Below, in pieces: positions 1 to 9,093 of a stretch of DNA of 64,000 nucleotides. Source of the stretch: a virus (taxonomy: Duplodnaviria; Heunggongvirae; Uroviricota; Caudoviricetes); the IMG/VR virus record IMGVR_UViG_3300033068_001142, positions 48,262 to 112,261 of that record, one strand, 5' to 3'. The notes under the pieces are model-generated. The model made no database searches and was not told the DNA's origin. It saw only the letters and a list, made by a program, of their open reading frames with translations. A program made the position numbers and the translations under genes. Every line of letters begins with the position of its first letter. The first letter of the stretch is position 1.

Positions 1-1851
1 ATCAATTTCTTCTAAGGAGGCGTTAGGAGGAATAGATATCATGGTTGCCCAATCATAACCAATATCAGAAACTGCTTGGTTTTGAGTTACTTGACCTTCC
101 ACAAAAGGTTGTTCCATTATAGGTACTATCATATTATTAACCCACTCTATGTAAGGGGCTTCATCTGTAATTTCAATATATATTGAGTCATAGATTGTAG
201 AGATGATTTTAATATGGTCTTGCAACTTCCATTCGTCTATATGATGATGTAACTCATTGATTGTAAGTAACGTTAGAATAGACCAGAACTGAGAGCAGCT
301 GTTAGTGATTGTTCTAATGTCTTTTGAGGGGTTTGAGGACTTAATATAACAACCCAAACCTATATGAAGCTTTTTATCAGCGATGACAGTAGGCATAACA
401 TAAGACTCTCTAAACCTAGTTACAGAAGGGTATAGTTCATTATGATATCGATTAAATATGGTCTCAGCTTCTTCTAACGTACATTTGATTGAAGAAGCTA
501 CTTTGGCAGGATATGCCCCATACTGAAGTCCAAACGATGGGCCTTTACCTTTCTGTCTAATGGCTTTTAGTTCAGGAGTTTCTTCAAGTTTAGATGCATA
601 TAACTTAGCATCTGTTGATAGGTCTCCTGTAAGTTCAATATACTTGCTGATCTCCTCTCTAAAGTAGTATAAGCTATTAACACAATGCCCGTCTAGGTCG
701 TCTTCATATAACTTAATTAAAGTTTGCTCTTTTGCTAGATTTGCGATCACTCTGTTCTCTAAGGCAGAATAATCTATAGCTAGTATTATCTTACCTTCGG
801 GAGCTTTGAAGCATTTTTTTATTGGTTTTGCAAATTTAGACCCAGTAGAAGGCATATTAAGAAGATTGGGACCAGAACTGGTAAGTCTAAAGGTTTTTGT
901 TCCAAATAATTTTAAATTACCGTAAAGTCTGTCGTTTATAGTATATAGGTAAAAGGCATTAATAAAATTATTTTTGATAATAGACCCTGTTGAATAGTCA
1001 ATTAAGGACTGAAATAAGGAGAGTTCATCATCGGATTTAGCTAAATCTTTGAGAGCTTCTATGTTGTCTCTGTCCCAACTGTACTTGTTTTTGGGTTCAA
1101 TTGGTTCAGGTTTTCCATATTTTATATGAGCGTTTAATGCTCGTTCGTACTTTATGTAGGCATCGGTTAGCTTTTCAGACTCGTACCCAAGCAGGTCTGT
1201 TAGTAGTTCGTGCTTTTGGTCAGGACTTGCTGGATTGAATTGAGGGTACTCAATTGAAGTTAGGTTGTTTATGTTGTCGTAAAATTTACGATTATGTATT
1301 TCAGCTTTGTGTGCTGCATACAGGTTCATGGCTTGAATTGCAAATGTGTTAGTAGGGCTGATGTTACCATTTAGCAGGAGAGAGAGTGCTAAGTGGTCTT
1401 GTGACGGCTTTTTGATTTCTTTTGCAGGCCATTTTGGTATTCCAGTTGGTAGTAACTCGTCTGGGGGTTTGATGTCTTTGTCTTTGATGTAGTGGTGCAT
1501 GAAGTAAGAGCGATGGTCAGGGTTTTTACAGTCGAACGGTTTGAGGAAGTGTTCTGGTGGTTTAATTTTTGCTTGTTGTTCATGCAAGTACGTCTTGGTT
1601 AAATGGTTGTAACGAATTGCTAGGTAGTCTTTAACTATCGGATTTGCAGCTAGGTCAGAGGCTACTTTAGCTAATGTTGTGTCTAGGTTTGCTTCTAGTT
1701 CTTGCACTTTTTGCATGTCAATTGGAAGACCGTTGTGCATTATGCGAACGGTATCTTTGATTAAGTGCTTAGCTACGGTTTCATAGAAGTAGCCGTCAGG
1801 AGGACTGACGGTGCTAGGTTCTGGTGCTGGTAAAAGTTGCCAAGGTCTCAT
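1..1851 (-). CDS. DNA polymerase family A (Pol I-like) polymerase domain; partial, C-terminus lies beyond position 1
   Basis: Absent from the ORF track because it runs off the window. Manual minus-strand translation from ATG at 1851 (ATGA overlap with the upstream stop) is open to position 1. It contains LAIDYSALENRVIANL (motif A), RQKGKGPSFGLQYGAYP (motif B, RxxxKxxxFGxxYG) and IYDSIYIEI (motif C). There is no N-terminal 3'-5' exonuclease domain. Confidence 0.8.
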   Translation of the reverse strand, partial: MRPWQLLPAPEPSTVSPPDGYFYETVAKHLIKDTVRIMHNGLPIDMQKVQELEANLDTTLAKVASDLAANPIVKDYLAIRYNHLTKTYLHEQQAKIKPPEHFLKPFDCKNPDHRSYFMHHYIKDKDIKPPDELLPTGIPKWPAKEIKKPSQDHLALSLLLNGNISPTNTFAIQAMNLYAAHKAEIHNRKFYDNINNLTSIEYPQFNPASPDQKHELLTDLLGYESEKLTDAYIKYERALNAHIKYGKPEPIEPKNKYSWDRDNIEALKDLAKSDDELSLFQSLIDYSTGSIIKNNFINAFYLYTINDRLYGNLKLFGTKTFRLTSSGPNLLNMPSTGSKFAKPIKKCFKAPEGKIILAIDYSALENRVIANLAKEQTLIKLYEDDLDGHCVNSLYYFREEISKYIELTGDLSTDAKLYASKLEETPELKAIRQKGKGPSFGLQYGAYPAKVASSIKCTLEEAETIFNRYHNELYPSVTRFRESYVMPTVIADKKLHIGLGCYIKSSNPSKDIRTITNSCSQFWSILTLLTINELHHHIDEWKLQDHIKIISTIYDSIYIEITDEAPYIEWVNNMIVPIMEQPFVEGQVTQNQAVSDIGYDWATMISIPPNASLEEID

Positions 1852-2054
1852 GGCAGTTTCTTTGGTTTTAAGATGTGGTATTCGTTTAAAAGAGAAAGTG
1901 ATATGGCATGAGTTGGTCTTGACTTTAACCATTCATAGCGGTTAGAAATGTCATTAATAGCTTTGTGGAAGAAGACTTGTTTATTAGGGAGTAACTCGAA
2001 AAGAAGAGTAATACCAGTACGATCTTTTACCTCTCGATGATAGTAGAATTTCAT
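1848..2054 (-). CDS. Small protein of the LLKP-tail family (ends ...HILKPKKLP)
   Basis: 68-aa ORF whose stop overlaps the polymerase ATG. The C-terminal ILKPKK motif is shared with at least 14 other small ORFs in this window. Confidence 0.5.
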   Translation of the reverse strand: MKFYYHREVKDRTGITLLFELLPNKQVFFHKAINDISNRYEWLKSRPTHAISLSLLNEYHILKPKKLP

Positions 2055-2057
2055 TAG

Positions 2058-3146
2058 TTACTCCTTTGGGTTGCCATTGTGGTCGCAGTCTCTTAGCCCT
2101 ATTCCTACTGGTTTTAGTGGGATGCCTTTTTTAGATAAGACTTCGTACTCAATTTTGTAAAACTTGTCTCTGTAATGAGTCTCAAAGTTAGCTAAGATTG
2201 CTTTACGTTCTGAGTCTGTACCTTTTGGTTTGACTTTGAACTCTTGTTGGTCAGGTGTAATGCAAGTGAATACTGGGTGACCGTTTTTGTCGATGGAGTA
2301 GGATGTGATTTCGTATTCAGCGTCGTTAGTTTTTTTGTACTTAAGTACTTCTGATGAACGGTGGTTGAATAGGTATTTGGCGTCTAGGTTGTAAATTACA
2401 GTACCTTCGTAGGATCTTGCCATACAACGGTTGTAGTGGCTTTCAATGTCAGCCTCTGTATCACAAATTACTCCAGTTAGGAAGCAGACTTTGTAATATT
2501 CGTAGGTTGAGAAGATGGAAGACAGTTTCTTGTTACGTTCTTGGTAGGTATCAGCTAAGAACGGTGCTTCGAATATGCAGAACATTAGTTGGTTTGACAG
2601 TTCTTTTGGTTTTTTAACTGCAGAGATGATGTCTTCTAGTGGTGTGTTAGGTATGTAAAGTTCTCCGTTTAAGCAAGTTGTGTTCAGCTTTTTCATTAAG
2701 CTTTTGATCCCATCTTCCAAGTGCGGGATTTGGGGAAATGCGTCTCCACCTCTTGAGGTTAGTGTTAGTGTGTCGTCTTTTAGCCAGTAAGTACCATTTA
2801 CTCCATTAAGCTTTGGAGTGGAGATGCAAGGAAATTTTACTAAGTGTTTATTTTCTTGGTAGGGTTTTACTTTTTGAGGTAGTAAGGTTTCGGTGTCACA
2901 TTCGATTGAGAGGCTGTAACCAGATTTAAGTTTGGCATTCCACTTTGATTGGGCTTCAAGTTCTGCTTGTTGAGCTGGTGTGGTTTCATTGGCTTTGCCA
3001 ATGTTTTTACCGTAGCAAGTTGTATGGTAGGACTGTAGCTTTCCGTTTAGCTGTCCTTGAGTTACTATTATTATGTTGTCAGTTACTGTTACAGAGTATT
3101 GTTGGATTGCTCCTGTTTTAGTTTTTTTGTATAGGGTTGGTGTCAT
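2058..3146 (-). CDS. ATP-dependent nucleic-acid ligase (DNA-ligase-like nucleotidyltransferase)
   Basis: Covalent nucleotidyltransferase motifs: I KLNGVNG (KxDG with N at the D position), III LNGELYIP, IV EGTVIYN, V LKYKK. The likely start is the ATG at 3146, preceded by AGGAG. The track ORF extends to 3200 on upstream in-frame codons that overlap the exonuclease stop. Confidence 0.7.
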   Translation of the reverse strand: MTPTLYKKTKTGAIQQYSVTVTDNIIIVTQGQLNGKLQSYHTTCYGKNIGKANETTPAQQAELEAQSKWNAKLKSGYSLSIECDTETLLPQKVKPYQENKHLVKFPCISTPKLNGVNGTYWLKDDTLTLTSRGGDAFPQIPHLEDGIKSLMKKLNTTCLNGELYIPNTPLEDIISAVKKPKELSNQLMFCIFEAPFLADTYQERNKKLSSIFSTYEYYKVCFLTGVICDTEADIESHYNRCMARSYEGTVIYNLDAKYLFNHRSSEVLKYKKTNDAEYEITSYSIDKNGHPVFTCITPDQQEFKVKPKGTDSERKAILANFETHYRDKFYKIEYEVLSKKGIPLKPVGIGLRDCDHNGNPKE

Positions 3147-3148
3147 GG

Positions 3149-3430
3149 TTACTCCTGTATGTAGTTTTGTAGCTCGTTCCATAAGGCGAAGGTTGCACAT
3201 GCGTCAATCGCTGCGTAGTGTAGGACGTGCTCTTCGTACATTTGAGATTGGTTGAAGTCGTCAGCAGAAACTGCCCAAGCTCCGTACTTGTAGCCCATTA
3301 GGTGTTTAAGACCTACTAGTGATTTTTGGTTATCTACATCGTTTAGTATGGTTTTAGCTAAGATCTGAGAATCTTCGAAGTCTTTTGGGAACTTTTGAGT
3401 ATGGTAGTAGACATGTTTTAGGTCGAAACT
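3149..3430 (-). CDS. DnaQ-like 3'-5' exonuclease, exon 2
   Basis: Manual translation gives SFDLKHVYYHTQKF...VLHYAAIDACATFALWNELQNYIQE*. This continues the Exo II motif (HNA|SFD) across the splice and contains Exo III (H-x-A-x-x-D-A). It has no ATG, so it is not in the ORF track. Confidence 0.75.
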   Translation of the reverse strand, partial: SFDLKHVYYHTQKFPKDFEDSQILAKTILNDVDNQKSLVGLKHLMGYKYGAWAVSADDFNQSQMYEEHVLHYAAIDACATFALWNELQNYIQE

Positions 3431-4495
3431 CGTTTATATTCAACAGAAGTCGTTAATTTCTGCCGGTTCTCAGTAAGTATTTACATGAACTCCTGCATGT
3501 TTCCATGCAGACTAGACTATATCAACATCTCAAAAAGAGATGGAACCTGTTTCCTTCCACTTGGAAGTACGAGCATTTCAGCTCTAGTCGTTGGACATTT
3601 ACAGCATAATTGCTGATTTAGTAACAGATTGCCCTCGTCTTTACGTTAGGGGTTTCCTGTTTTAAGGTTCTTTAGACATGAAATCGCTTTCATGAATGCC
3701 TATACTTGATAAAAATTTAACAGTTGTTTTATTAGTTGGAAATACTATTTCAGAATCGGATAGTAAGTTATTATTAGAATGTGGCCAATTCATTAATTTT
3801 ACAAAAGAGTCGTAAGCCTTTGCTGCTTCTATTGCTGATTTAAATGATCCTATTCCGTAATGTTTATGCTCGTAATTTATATGAGCTACCCATAGTGTAT
3901 CATGTATTTTAATTATACCTTTATAACCGGTAGTATTAGTTTTTTTGATTGTACGTTGATTTACTATTTGTATAGAATAATTAACCCATCTACAGTTAGA
4001 TGGTTCATAGTTACCGTCGTTATCTTTACGGTCTATAGTAAGTCCCTCTTGATACCCGTTAGAGATAGCCCAATCATAAAAAGCGTCAAATGAGTTTATC
4101 CATTCTTCACACATAGTGATATTTTTACTAAGGTATGATACTGATCTAGAATCTGTACATTTTAACTTAGTTTTAGTATCTGCCCAAATTCTATAAAGTT
4201 TATGGTTTCTGTTTGGTTTTTTATTTGATGTTCCGTTACATCCTTTACAAAATAATTGATTTTGTGATTTAGTTGTAACTACTGCATCAAAGTGGGATAA
4301 ACAGTTTGTACATTCGAATGTTGCCATTCTTACTTTTTTGTAATAATTTTCCGTTGGTTTTTTCATTCCAAGATCTTTTATGACTTTCATTTTGAAAGTG
4401 TATTCTGTTAAAGGTTTTAGTGCTGCCATAATAATGCTCCTTATATGTTTTAATAAGTATAGCATAATTATGCCAAAATGTCAAGTATTTAGTTA
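3431..4495 (-). ncRNA. Group I intron (IA, T4-like core) interrupting the exonuclease gene; carries an HNH endonuclease ORF
   Basis: Exon 1 ends GCU, followed by an in-frame UAA. The 3' part carries Q-like AAAUCAGCAAUU, R GUCCAACGACUAGAG, S UGAUAUAGUCUAGUCUG and AAUUAACGACU 17 nt before the terminal G. Splicing restores the Exo II motif ...VWHNA|SFDLKH. Confidence 0.75.
3662..4465 (-). CDS. Intron-encoded HNH homing endonuclease
   Basis: 267 aa with an HNH_3-type motif ...DRKDNDGNYEPSNCRWVN... It lies entirely inside intron 1 on the same strand. Confidence 0.75.
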   Translation of the reverse strand: MLYLLKHIRSIIMAALKPLTEYTFKMKVIKDLGMKKPTENYYKKVRMATFECTNCLSHFDAVVTTKSQNQLFCKGCNGTSNKKPNRNHKLYRIWADTKTKLKCTDSRSVSYLSKNITMCEEWINSFDAFYDWAISNGYQEGLTIDRKDNDGNYEPSNCRWVNYSIQIVNQRTIKKTNTTGYKGIIKIHDTLWVAHINYEHKHYGIGSFKSAIEAAKAYDSFVKLMNWPHSNNNLLSDSEIVFPTNKTTVKFLSSIGIHESDFMSKEP

Positions 4496-4882
4496 AGCGT
4501 TGTGCCAGACTTGTTTTATTGGTGTTGTAACTAGCCAGTTTAAGGTGATGTCTCGCATACGTGTGTCTGTGAAAATGATTACGTATGCAGTTGTTTCTGA
4601 TGTTGCTATGGAGCAGTGTGTCATCCTAACGAGTGATGGATGTGAAATACCAGAAGATAGAATGGCTTGGTTTGTTTTATGGTAAGCTAATGAGTTGGGT
4701 GGTAGAGCTGCAAGTTTTAGTTTTAGTCGTTCTTTTTCCTCGTCAGTGTACTTGGATGCAGTTTCAAAGTCACAAGCGATTATTGGGTAGGTTTTTGCAA
4801 TGTCTTGTAGCGTTTGAAGGAGTAGTAATTGGTTAGTTATTACAGTGTAAGTTACTGTTGTTGAGGTAGTCAATGTTTCCAA
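4496..4882 (-). CDS. DnaQ-like 3'-5' exonuclease, exon 1
   Basis: Exo I motif IIACDFETAS. The exon ends ...IKQVWHNA, the first half of the Exo II H-N-A-x-F-D motif, and is immediately followed by a stop inside the intron. The start is an apparent TTG with an AAGGA RBS. Confidence 0.75.
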
Positions 4883-5108
4883 GTTCTGTCCTTAATTGTA
4901 TTTTTGGTTCAACGTAGCGGTATTCTAGTTGTACAGCGTTTAGTAATACTTTGTGAGCTCTTGTACAAGCGACATAGTAAAGATTTAGTTCAGTTTGTTC
5001 TTCCTTTGTTAGTTGGTCGTATGTGATGTTTTTAGAAGCCATAGAGATTTGTACCATTTTTACGGCATTGTTTAAGTCATCAGCAATGTAAACCTCGTCA
5101 TACTCAAG
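4833..5108 (-). CDS. SF1 (UvrD/Dda-like) DNA helicase, exon 2
   Basis: It begins LEYDEVYIADD... immediately after motif V and contains YVACTRAHKVL, the SF1 motif VI. The junction ...TAHSTKG|LEYDEVYI matches the UvrD pattern TLHSAKGLEF. Confidence 0.75.
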   Translation of the reverse strand, partial: LEYDEVYIADDLNNAVKMVQISMASKNITYDQLTKEEQTELNLYYVACTRAHKVLLNAVQLEYRYVEPKIQLRTELGNIDYLNNSNLHCNN

Positions 5109-5389
5109 CATTATGTTCCGTATAAGGCGTTAATTTATACGTGCAGCATTACCTGCAACTATACATTACTGTATAGATCAGACTATATCTTCATCCCAGT
5201 AGGATGCTCCCCGTTTCCACCCACTTGGGTGTACGTGCAAAAGCACTAGTCGTTGAACGTTCCTCGTTATGAGGCTTCGCTGCTGATTGTCCTAGGAGTA
5301 GGATGTCCCAGCAATTAGAGGAGTTTTGATACACATTACTGTGTAAAAGGGCCTATGTAGTTTTATTATGAGTCACTCAACTTAAATTA
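5109..5389 (-). ncRNA. ORF-less group I intron (281 nt) in the helicase gene
   Basis: Exon 1 ends GGU, followed by UAA. Core elements read on the minus strand: P UAAUUGCUGGGACA, Q CAAUCAGCAGCG, R GUUCAACGACUAGUG, S GAAGAUAUAGUCUGA, and AAUUAACGCCU 16 nt before the terminal G. Confidence 0.8.
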
Positions 5390-6625
5390 ACCCTTAGTTG
5401 AGTGAGCTGTTCCTAAATGGAAAGAGCTTGTTAGTCTTTCGTGTTTTTTTGCTTCTTCGTAACAACTAAGTACTCCAGTAACTCTGTATTTTAGAATTAG
5501 ACTGATTGCTGTTGATACTTGCTGGTCTTCTTTATAGAGGTCTTTTAAGTAGTTTAAGTGGTTTCTGTACTTTAAAATTAGTTCTCTATCTTCGTAGTAG
5601 TCGTTGATGTCTTGTTGAATGCTTTTGAATTCAACTGGCATGAAGCCTTTGTTTTTAGAAAGACAAAGTGCTTTCGGTAATGAGAAGATATCATCAGCTG
5701 AACGAGTTAAGGTGTACGGGACTTTTAGTTCGTTTAGTTCCATCATTTTAGAGATTAGTGTTGTGTTTGTTCTTGCAATGAAGGCTTGGGTTTTTGGTTT
5801 GTCTGGTGACTGTTCAGTTCCGTTGAATACCATTTTAGGATCTATGTAAGTTTTACAGTAGCTGTTGACTCTTTCTGCAATTTGAGGTGAAACTCTAAAT
5901 GACTTTGACATTGGGAATTCTACACCAGTTGATTTCATTACGTTGAAGCAGTTAATGGTGTGGTTAAAGCTGTAAATGTTTTGACGAGAATCTCCGACTA
6001 AGAGTTTCTTGGCAGAAGGGATTAGTTTAAAGATTTCTAGTGTTACTGGGTTGATGTCACCAGCTTCGTCAAGAGCAATGAAGTCAAATGGTTGGTAAGA
6101 GATGTGGTCGGTAGCTAAGAGTATATGGAAGTATTTTAGGTAAAATTCGTGAGTACATTCGATGTCACCACTTTCCATTTGATGGATATAGGATTCTAGT
6201 AGTAATAGTTCTTTTTCTGTTATGGGTACTTTTTCTTCTTTGCAGAAGTCTGAGAAATGTAAGTGTTTAGATAGAAAGTACTCTTTTAAGTAGTCTACGA
6301 GTTCACAACGTCTTTCGTATGGAATGTCTTGGTTGATGTTACGGTAATTGAATTTGCCGAGTGTTAAGTGGTTTTTTACTACCGTTGGTCTGTAAGCTAA
6401 TGAATGTACGGTACAGCAAGTTACTGTTTTGGGGAACTTGGATGCAGCTTCGGTTGCAATGCTTTTATTATAAGCTAAGTAAAGAGCGTTAGTAGGGTTA
6501 AGTGCTTTTGCTATTGATACTAAGAGCGCTGTTTTTCCTGCCCCTGCTACGGCATTTACTTTTACGTAGCCATCATTAGATTTTACATGATTTAGTATTT
6601 GGTGTTGTTCGTCTGTTAATTTCAA
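5390..6625 (-). CDS. SF1 (UvrD/Dda-like) DNA helicase, exon 1
   Basis: Walker A AVAGAGKTALL, motif Ia TVHS, motif II ALDEAGD, motif III LLVGDSRQ, motif V TAHSTKG at the extreme end of the ORF. Confidence 0.75.
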
Positions 6626-6760
6626 TAAAAATCCTTAGTGAAGATATTAAAGGTATTAATACCTTTGTAAAGATTTATAGTAGCTAGGAGAGAGATTAGC
6701 TACTATAAAGTTGAAGGGGAGTTAAAAATACGGACTTATACCTGAAGGATGCCGTGAGTG

Positions 6761-7492
6761 TTACTTTCTAAATAAGCTGCCTGCAGGTTTTACTTGTGAC
6801 GCTGGAGCTGTTGATTTAGTAGCTGTAGCATCGTTTGATTTAGCCTTTTTCCAAGCTTCTACATCTTCAGCTGTTAAGTCGTCTAAGTAACGAACAGCAT
6901 CTGCGTAACTTGCTTTGTCTTTTTCAAGTTGAACACCAACTTCAGAGTTGTTAACGATTTCTCTAACAGATGCACCGTCTTCTGCTCTATAAAATGCTAC
7001 TGGTACCATTGATTTTCTGATTTCTTTAGTTGTAGCGTTGATTGAGTATTCTTCTTGTAATCTGATTTTGATTGGTAAGTCTGTGAATTGAGTTATGATG
7101 TTGAACTCTTTTGCTTTTGCTTCTTTACCAACTTTGAATGTTTCTTGTTCTACTTCTAATTCGTCATTGTCACCTAAACCTGCAATAACTCCTAATGAGT
7201 TGATTAATTGCATACCAATTTTTAATGGTTCGTTTTTTGTTGATGTGATGTATGGTCCGTAGATTGTTTGAGCATTACCGTTATACTCGATGTTAAAGTT
7301 AACAGATTGAGCTCCGTTTTTAGATACTTCTACCGAAGCGAATTTGATGATTACGTCATAGATACCAGACTTGCTGATGTATGATGAACCTCCGCTTGAT
7401 TGAATAGCGTCTGAGTTAGTTGAGATTTTAAATAATTTCATTGTGGTCCTTTTTGAGTTGAGATGTATGCAAAATATTGCATAAGAGAGCAC
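6761..7492 (-). CDS. Hypothetical protein (possible ssDNA-binding or annealing accessory protein by position)
   Basis: 243-aa ORF between the helicase and a RecA-like ATPase. No motif was recognised. The real start is probably the internal MKLFKIS. Confidence 0.3.
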   Translation of the reverse strand: MLSYAIFCIHLNSKRTTMKLFKISTNSDAIQSSGGSSYISKSGIYDVIIKFASVEVSKNGAQSVNFNIEYNGNAQTIYGPYITSTKNEPLKIGMQLINSLGVIAGLGDNDELEVEQETFKVGKEAKAKEFNIITQFTDLPIKIRLQEEYSINATTKEIRKSMVPVAFYRAEDGASVREIVNNSEVGVQLEKDKASYADAVRYLDDLTAEDVEAWKKAKSNDATATKSTAPASQVKPAGSLFRK

Positions 7493-7519
7493 TAGGAGAG
7501 GTAGTGCTCTATATGAATA

Positions 7520-8194
7520 TTAAAGAAGGAATTCTTCGAATTCTACAGCTTTTGCTGATAATTGGTCTAAGTGATCTTGAAGAGAGTAGTCTTCAATGTT
7601 TACCGAATCAGGCACGTCTGCTAACGTTGTTCTTGATGGATACTTTAATCCTTTTAAGTGGACTACTAGTTTACTAGATTTAACCTCGATAAAGGCAGCA
7701 TCGTTAACAACAGAAGTCCATGAGCCCGCTTTTGCAAATGCTCCAGTAGCTGGAATAATGTGTCTTGCAGTAGCTTCGTCATATAAAGTGTGGGCAACAA
7801 TAACTACATTGATACCTGCTGGTATAAGCTGTTGTTCAATGAATTGATTGAATGCCATTGTTTCTTGATTGTTTTTGGTGTGGACGTCAAAACCTTTGTA
7901 TTTATCCGAGTTGTACTTTTGCATAGCAGAGTACATTTGAGTAACTGTGTCAAATACAACTGTTTCTGGGTAGTGTCCAAATTTGTCGTGGTATGCTTGA
8001 AGCTTACCTGTAAATTGTTCTAATAGTTTGTCCATACCTTCGTACTCTTTTATGTTAACATGAGGTACTTTAAAACCGTATTCTTTTTGGTCTAAGTTAA
8101 AAATTAGGGGGTTCCTTAGTGCTGAAGTTAGGGTTGATTTTCCTGACTTTTCAAAAGCACATAATAGAAATTTAACTCCTGATTTTGCTGACAT
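7520..8194 (-). CDS. RecA-fold P-loop ATPase (Sak4-like)
   Basis: Walker A FEKSGKST near the N-terminus and a Walker B-like VVFDTV. Size and context resemble phage Sak4-type ATPases. Confidence 0.5.
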   Translation of the reverse strand: MSAKSGVKFLLCAFEKSGKSTLTSALRNPLIFNLDQKEYGFKVPHVNIKEYEGMDKLLEQFTGKLQAYHDKFGHYPETVVFDTVTQMYSAMQKYNSDKYKGFDVHTKNNQETMAFNQFIEQQLIPAGINVVIVAHTLYDEATARHIIPATGAFAKAGSWTSVVNDAAFIEVKSSKLVVHLKGLKYPSRTTLADVPDSVNIEDYSLQDHLDQLSAKAVEFEEFLL

Positions 8195-8255
8195 TATGAC
8201 TCCTTATGGTGATATTTGATTAAGACTATTGAAGGGAAAGGCGTTATACAAGTCT

Positions 8256-8537
8256 TCAGTTTAACGCCCTGGGTTTTAGGAGTTTAATGTTTGGTAATTG
8301 GGTTATTGTAAATCTTTTTCCAATAAGGAAATGGTTCCAAAATCCTTGTATGTGTTCAGCGTAATTATCCGGGGATTTAATTATGTATCCTTGTATTTCA
8401 TCACGATCAGGACGTGCAGGTTCACTGTGTGTAGGATCATATAAAAACGTGTAGTTGTCTAGTCTTAGTTGAAGACCTTGTTTAGCTAAGGTTAAGAATT
8501 CGTCTTTAGTAAAAGTTTTTCTTTGGTTTAGTTGCAT
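8256..8537 (-). CDS. LLKP-tail family small protein (N-domain: KDEFLTLAKQGL type)
   Basis: 93 aa, ends ...QLPNIKLLKPRALN. The N-terminus is paralogous to 8528..8815, 8806..9093 and 26582..26878. Confidence 0.5.
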   Translation of the reverse strand: MQLNQRKTFTKDEFLTLAKQGLQLRLDNYTFLYDPTHSEPARPDRDEIQGYIIKSPDNYAEHIQGFWNHFLIGKRFTITQLPNIKLLKPRALN

Positions 8538-8815
8538 TTACGTGTCCTTAAAAGTTTAAGTTTTGGTAGGGTTACAATAGTAAAGGTGTTAACACTGTCA
8601 AAGAAGTACCAACAAGAGTTAATTGGTACTTCAAGTTCAATGTCTAATAGTTGTATTGTTTGTAAGTATCCTTGGATTGATCCAGTCCTGCTGAAGTTTT
8701 TGTCAGAGTTTTGCTTGTAGTAGTACTTAGAACCTGTTCGTGAGACTACTAGTCCAGCTTTTGCTAGTAGTAGGAACTTTTGTTTTGATAGTGTAATTAC
8801 GTCTCCTACTTGCAT
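8528..8815 (-). CDS. LLKP-tail family small protein
   Basis: 95 aa, MQVGDVITLSKQKFLLLAKAGL..., ends ...LPKLKLLRTRKCN. Confidence 0.5.
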   Translation of the reverse strand: MQVGDVITLSKQKFLLLAKAGLVVSRTGSKYYYKQNSDKNFSRTGSIQGYLQTIQLLDIELEVPINSCWYFFDSVNTFTIVTLPKLKLLRTRKCN

Positions 8816-9093
8816 GTTTTTGCCTTTAGTAGGAAGATGTTTGCAGGTCTTACTACTACAAGTGTTTCGCTAGTAAGAATGCTCCAAAGCCCGTAAATGT
8901 GTTCTACTGGTTTTAGGTCAGATTCTCCGTAGCAGTAGTTCTGTACACCGCCGTAACTAGATTCTGCTTGGATGTGAAACGGTGCGTAGAAAAAGTAAGT
9001 ATCTTGGTCTTTAACTTTTACTGCTAGGCCTTGTTTGGCTAGTCTAATAAATTGCTCTTTTGTTAGTTTAAGCTCGGTTCCGACTGGGTACAT
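8806..9093 (-). CDS. LLKP-tail family small protein
   Basis: 95 aa, ...LKLTKEQFIRLAKQGL..., ends ...ANIFLLKAKTCK. Confidence 0.5.
   Translation of the reverse strand: MYPVGTELKLTKEQFIRLAKQGLAVKVKDQDTYFFYAPFHIQAESSYGGVQNYCYGESDLKPVEHIYGLWSILTSETLVVVRPANIFLLKAKTCK

Noticed and set aside
2417-2617. Plus-strand ORFs inside the minus-strand block. Examples: 2417..2617, 3073..3255, 3902..4093, 4500..4685, 4633..4836, 5619..5849, 7477..8023, 15386..15655, 27351..27800, 30628..31080, 34542..35018.
   Set aside because: They lie antisense to longer motif-supported genes, are Cys/Leu/Phe-rich low-complexity translations of AT-rich antisense DNA, and lack an RBS. They are treated as shadow ORFs. The exception kept is the HNH gene 14035..14832.
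3201-3430. An apparently non-coding 230-bp gap upstream of the ligase.
   Set aside because: It is not intergenic. It translates without stops on the minus strand into the Exo II-III half of the DnaQ-like exonuclease (exon 2), which the ORF track missed because it has no start codon.
4287-4484. 65-aa ORF overlapping the 5' end of the intron HNH gene.
   Set aside because: It lies entirely within the longer motif-bearing HNH ORF in another frame.
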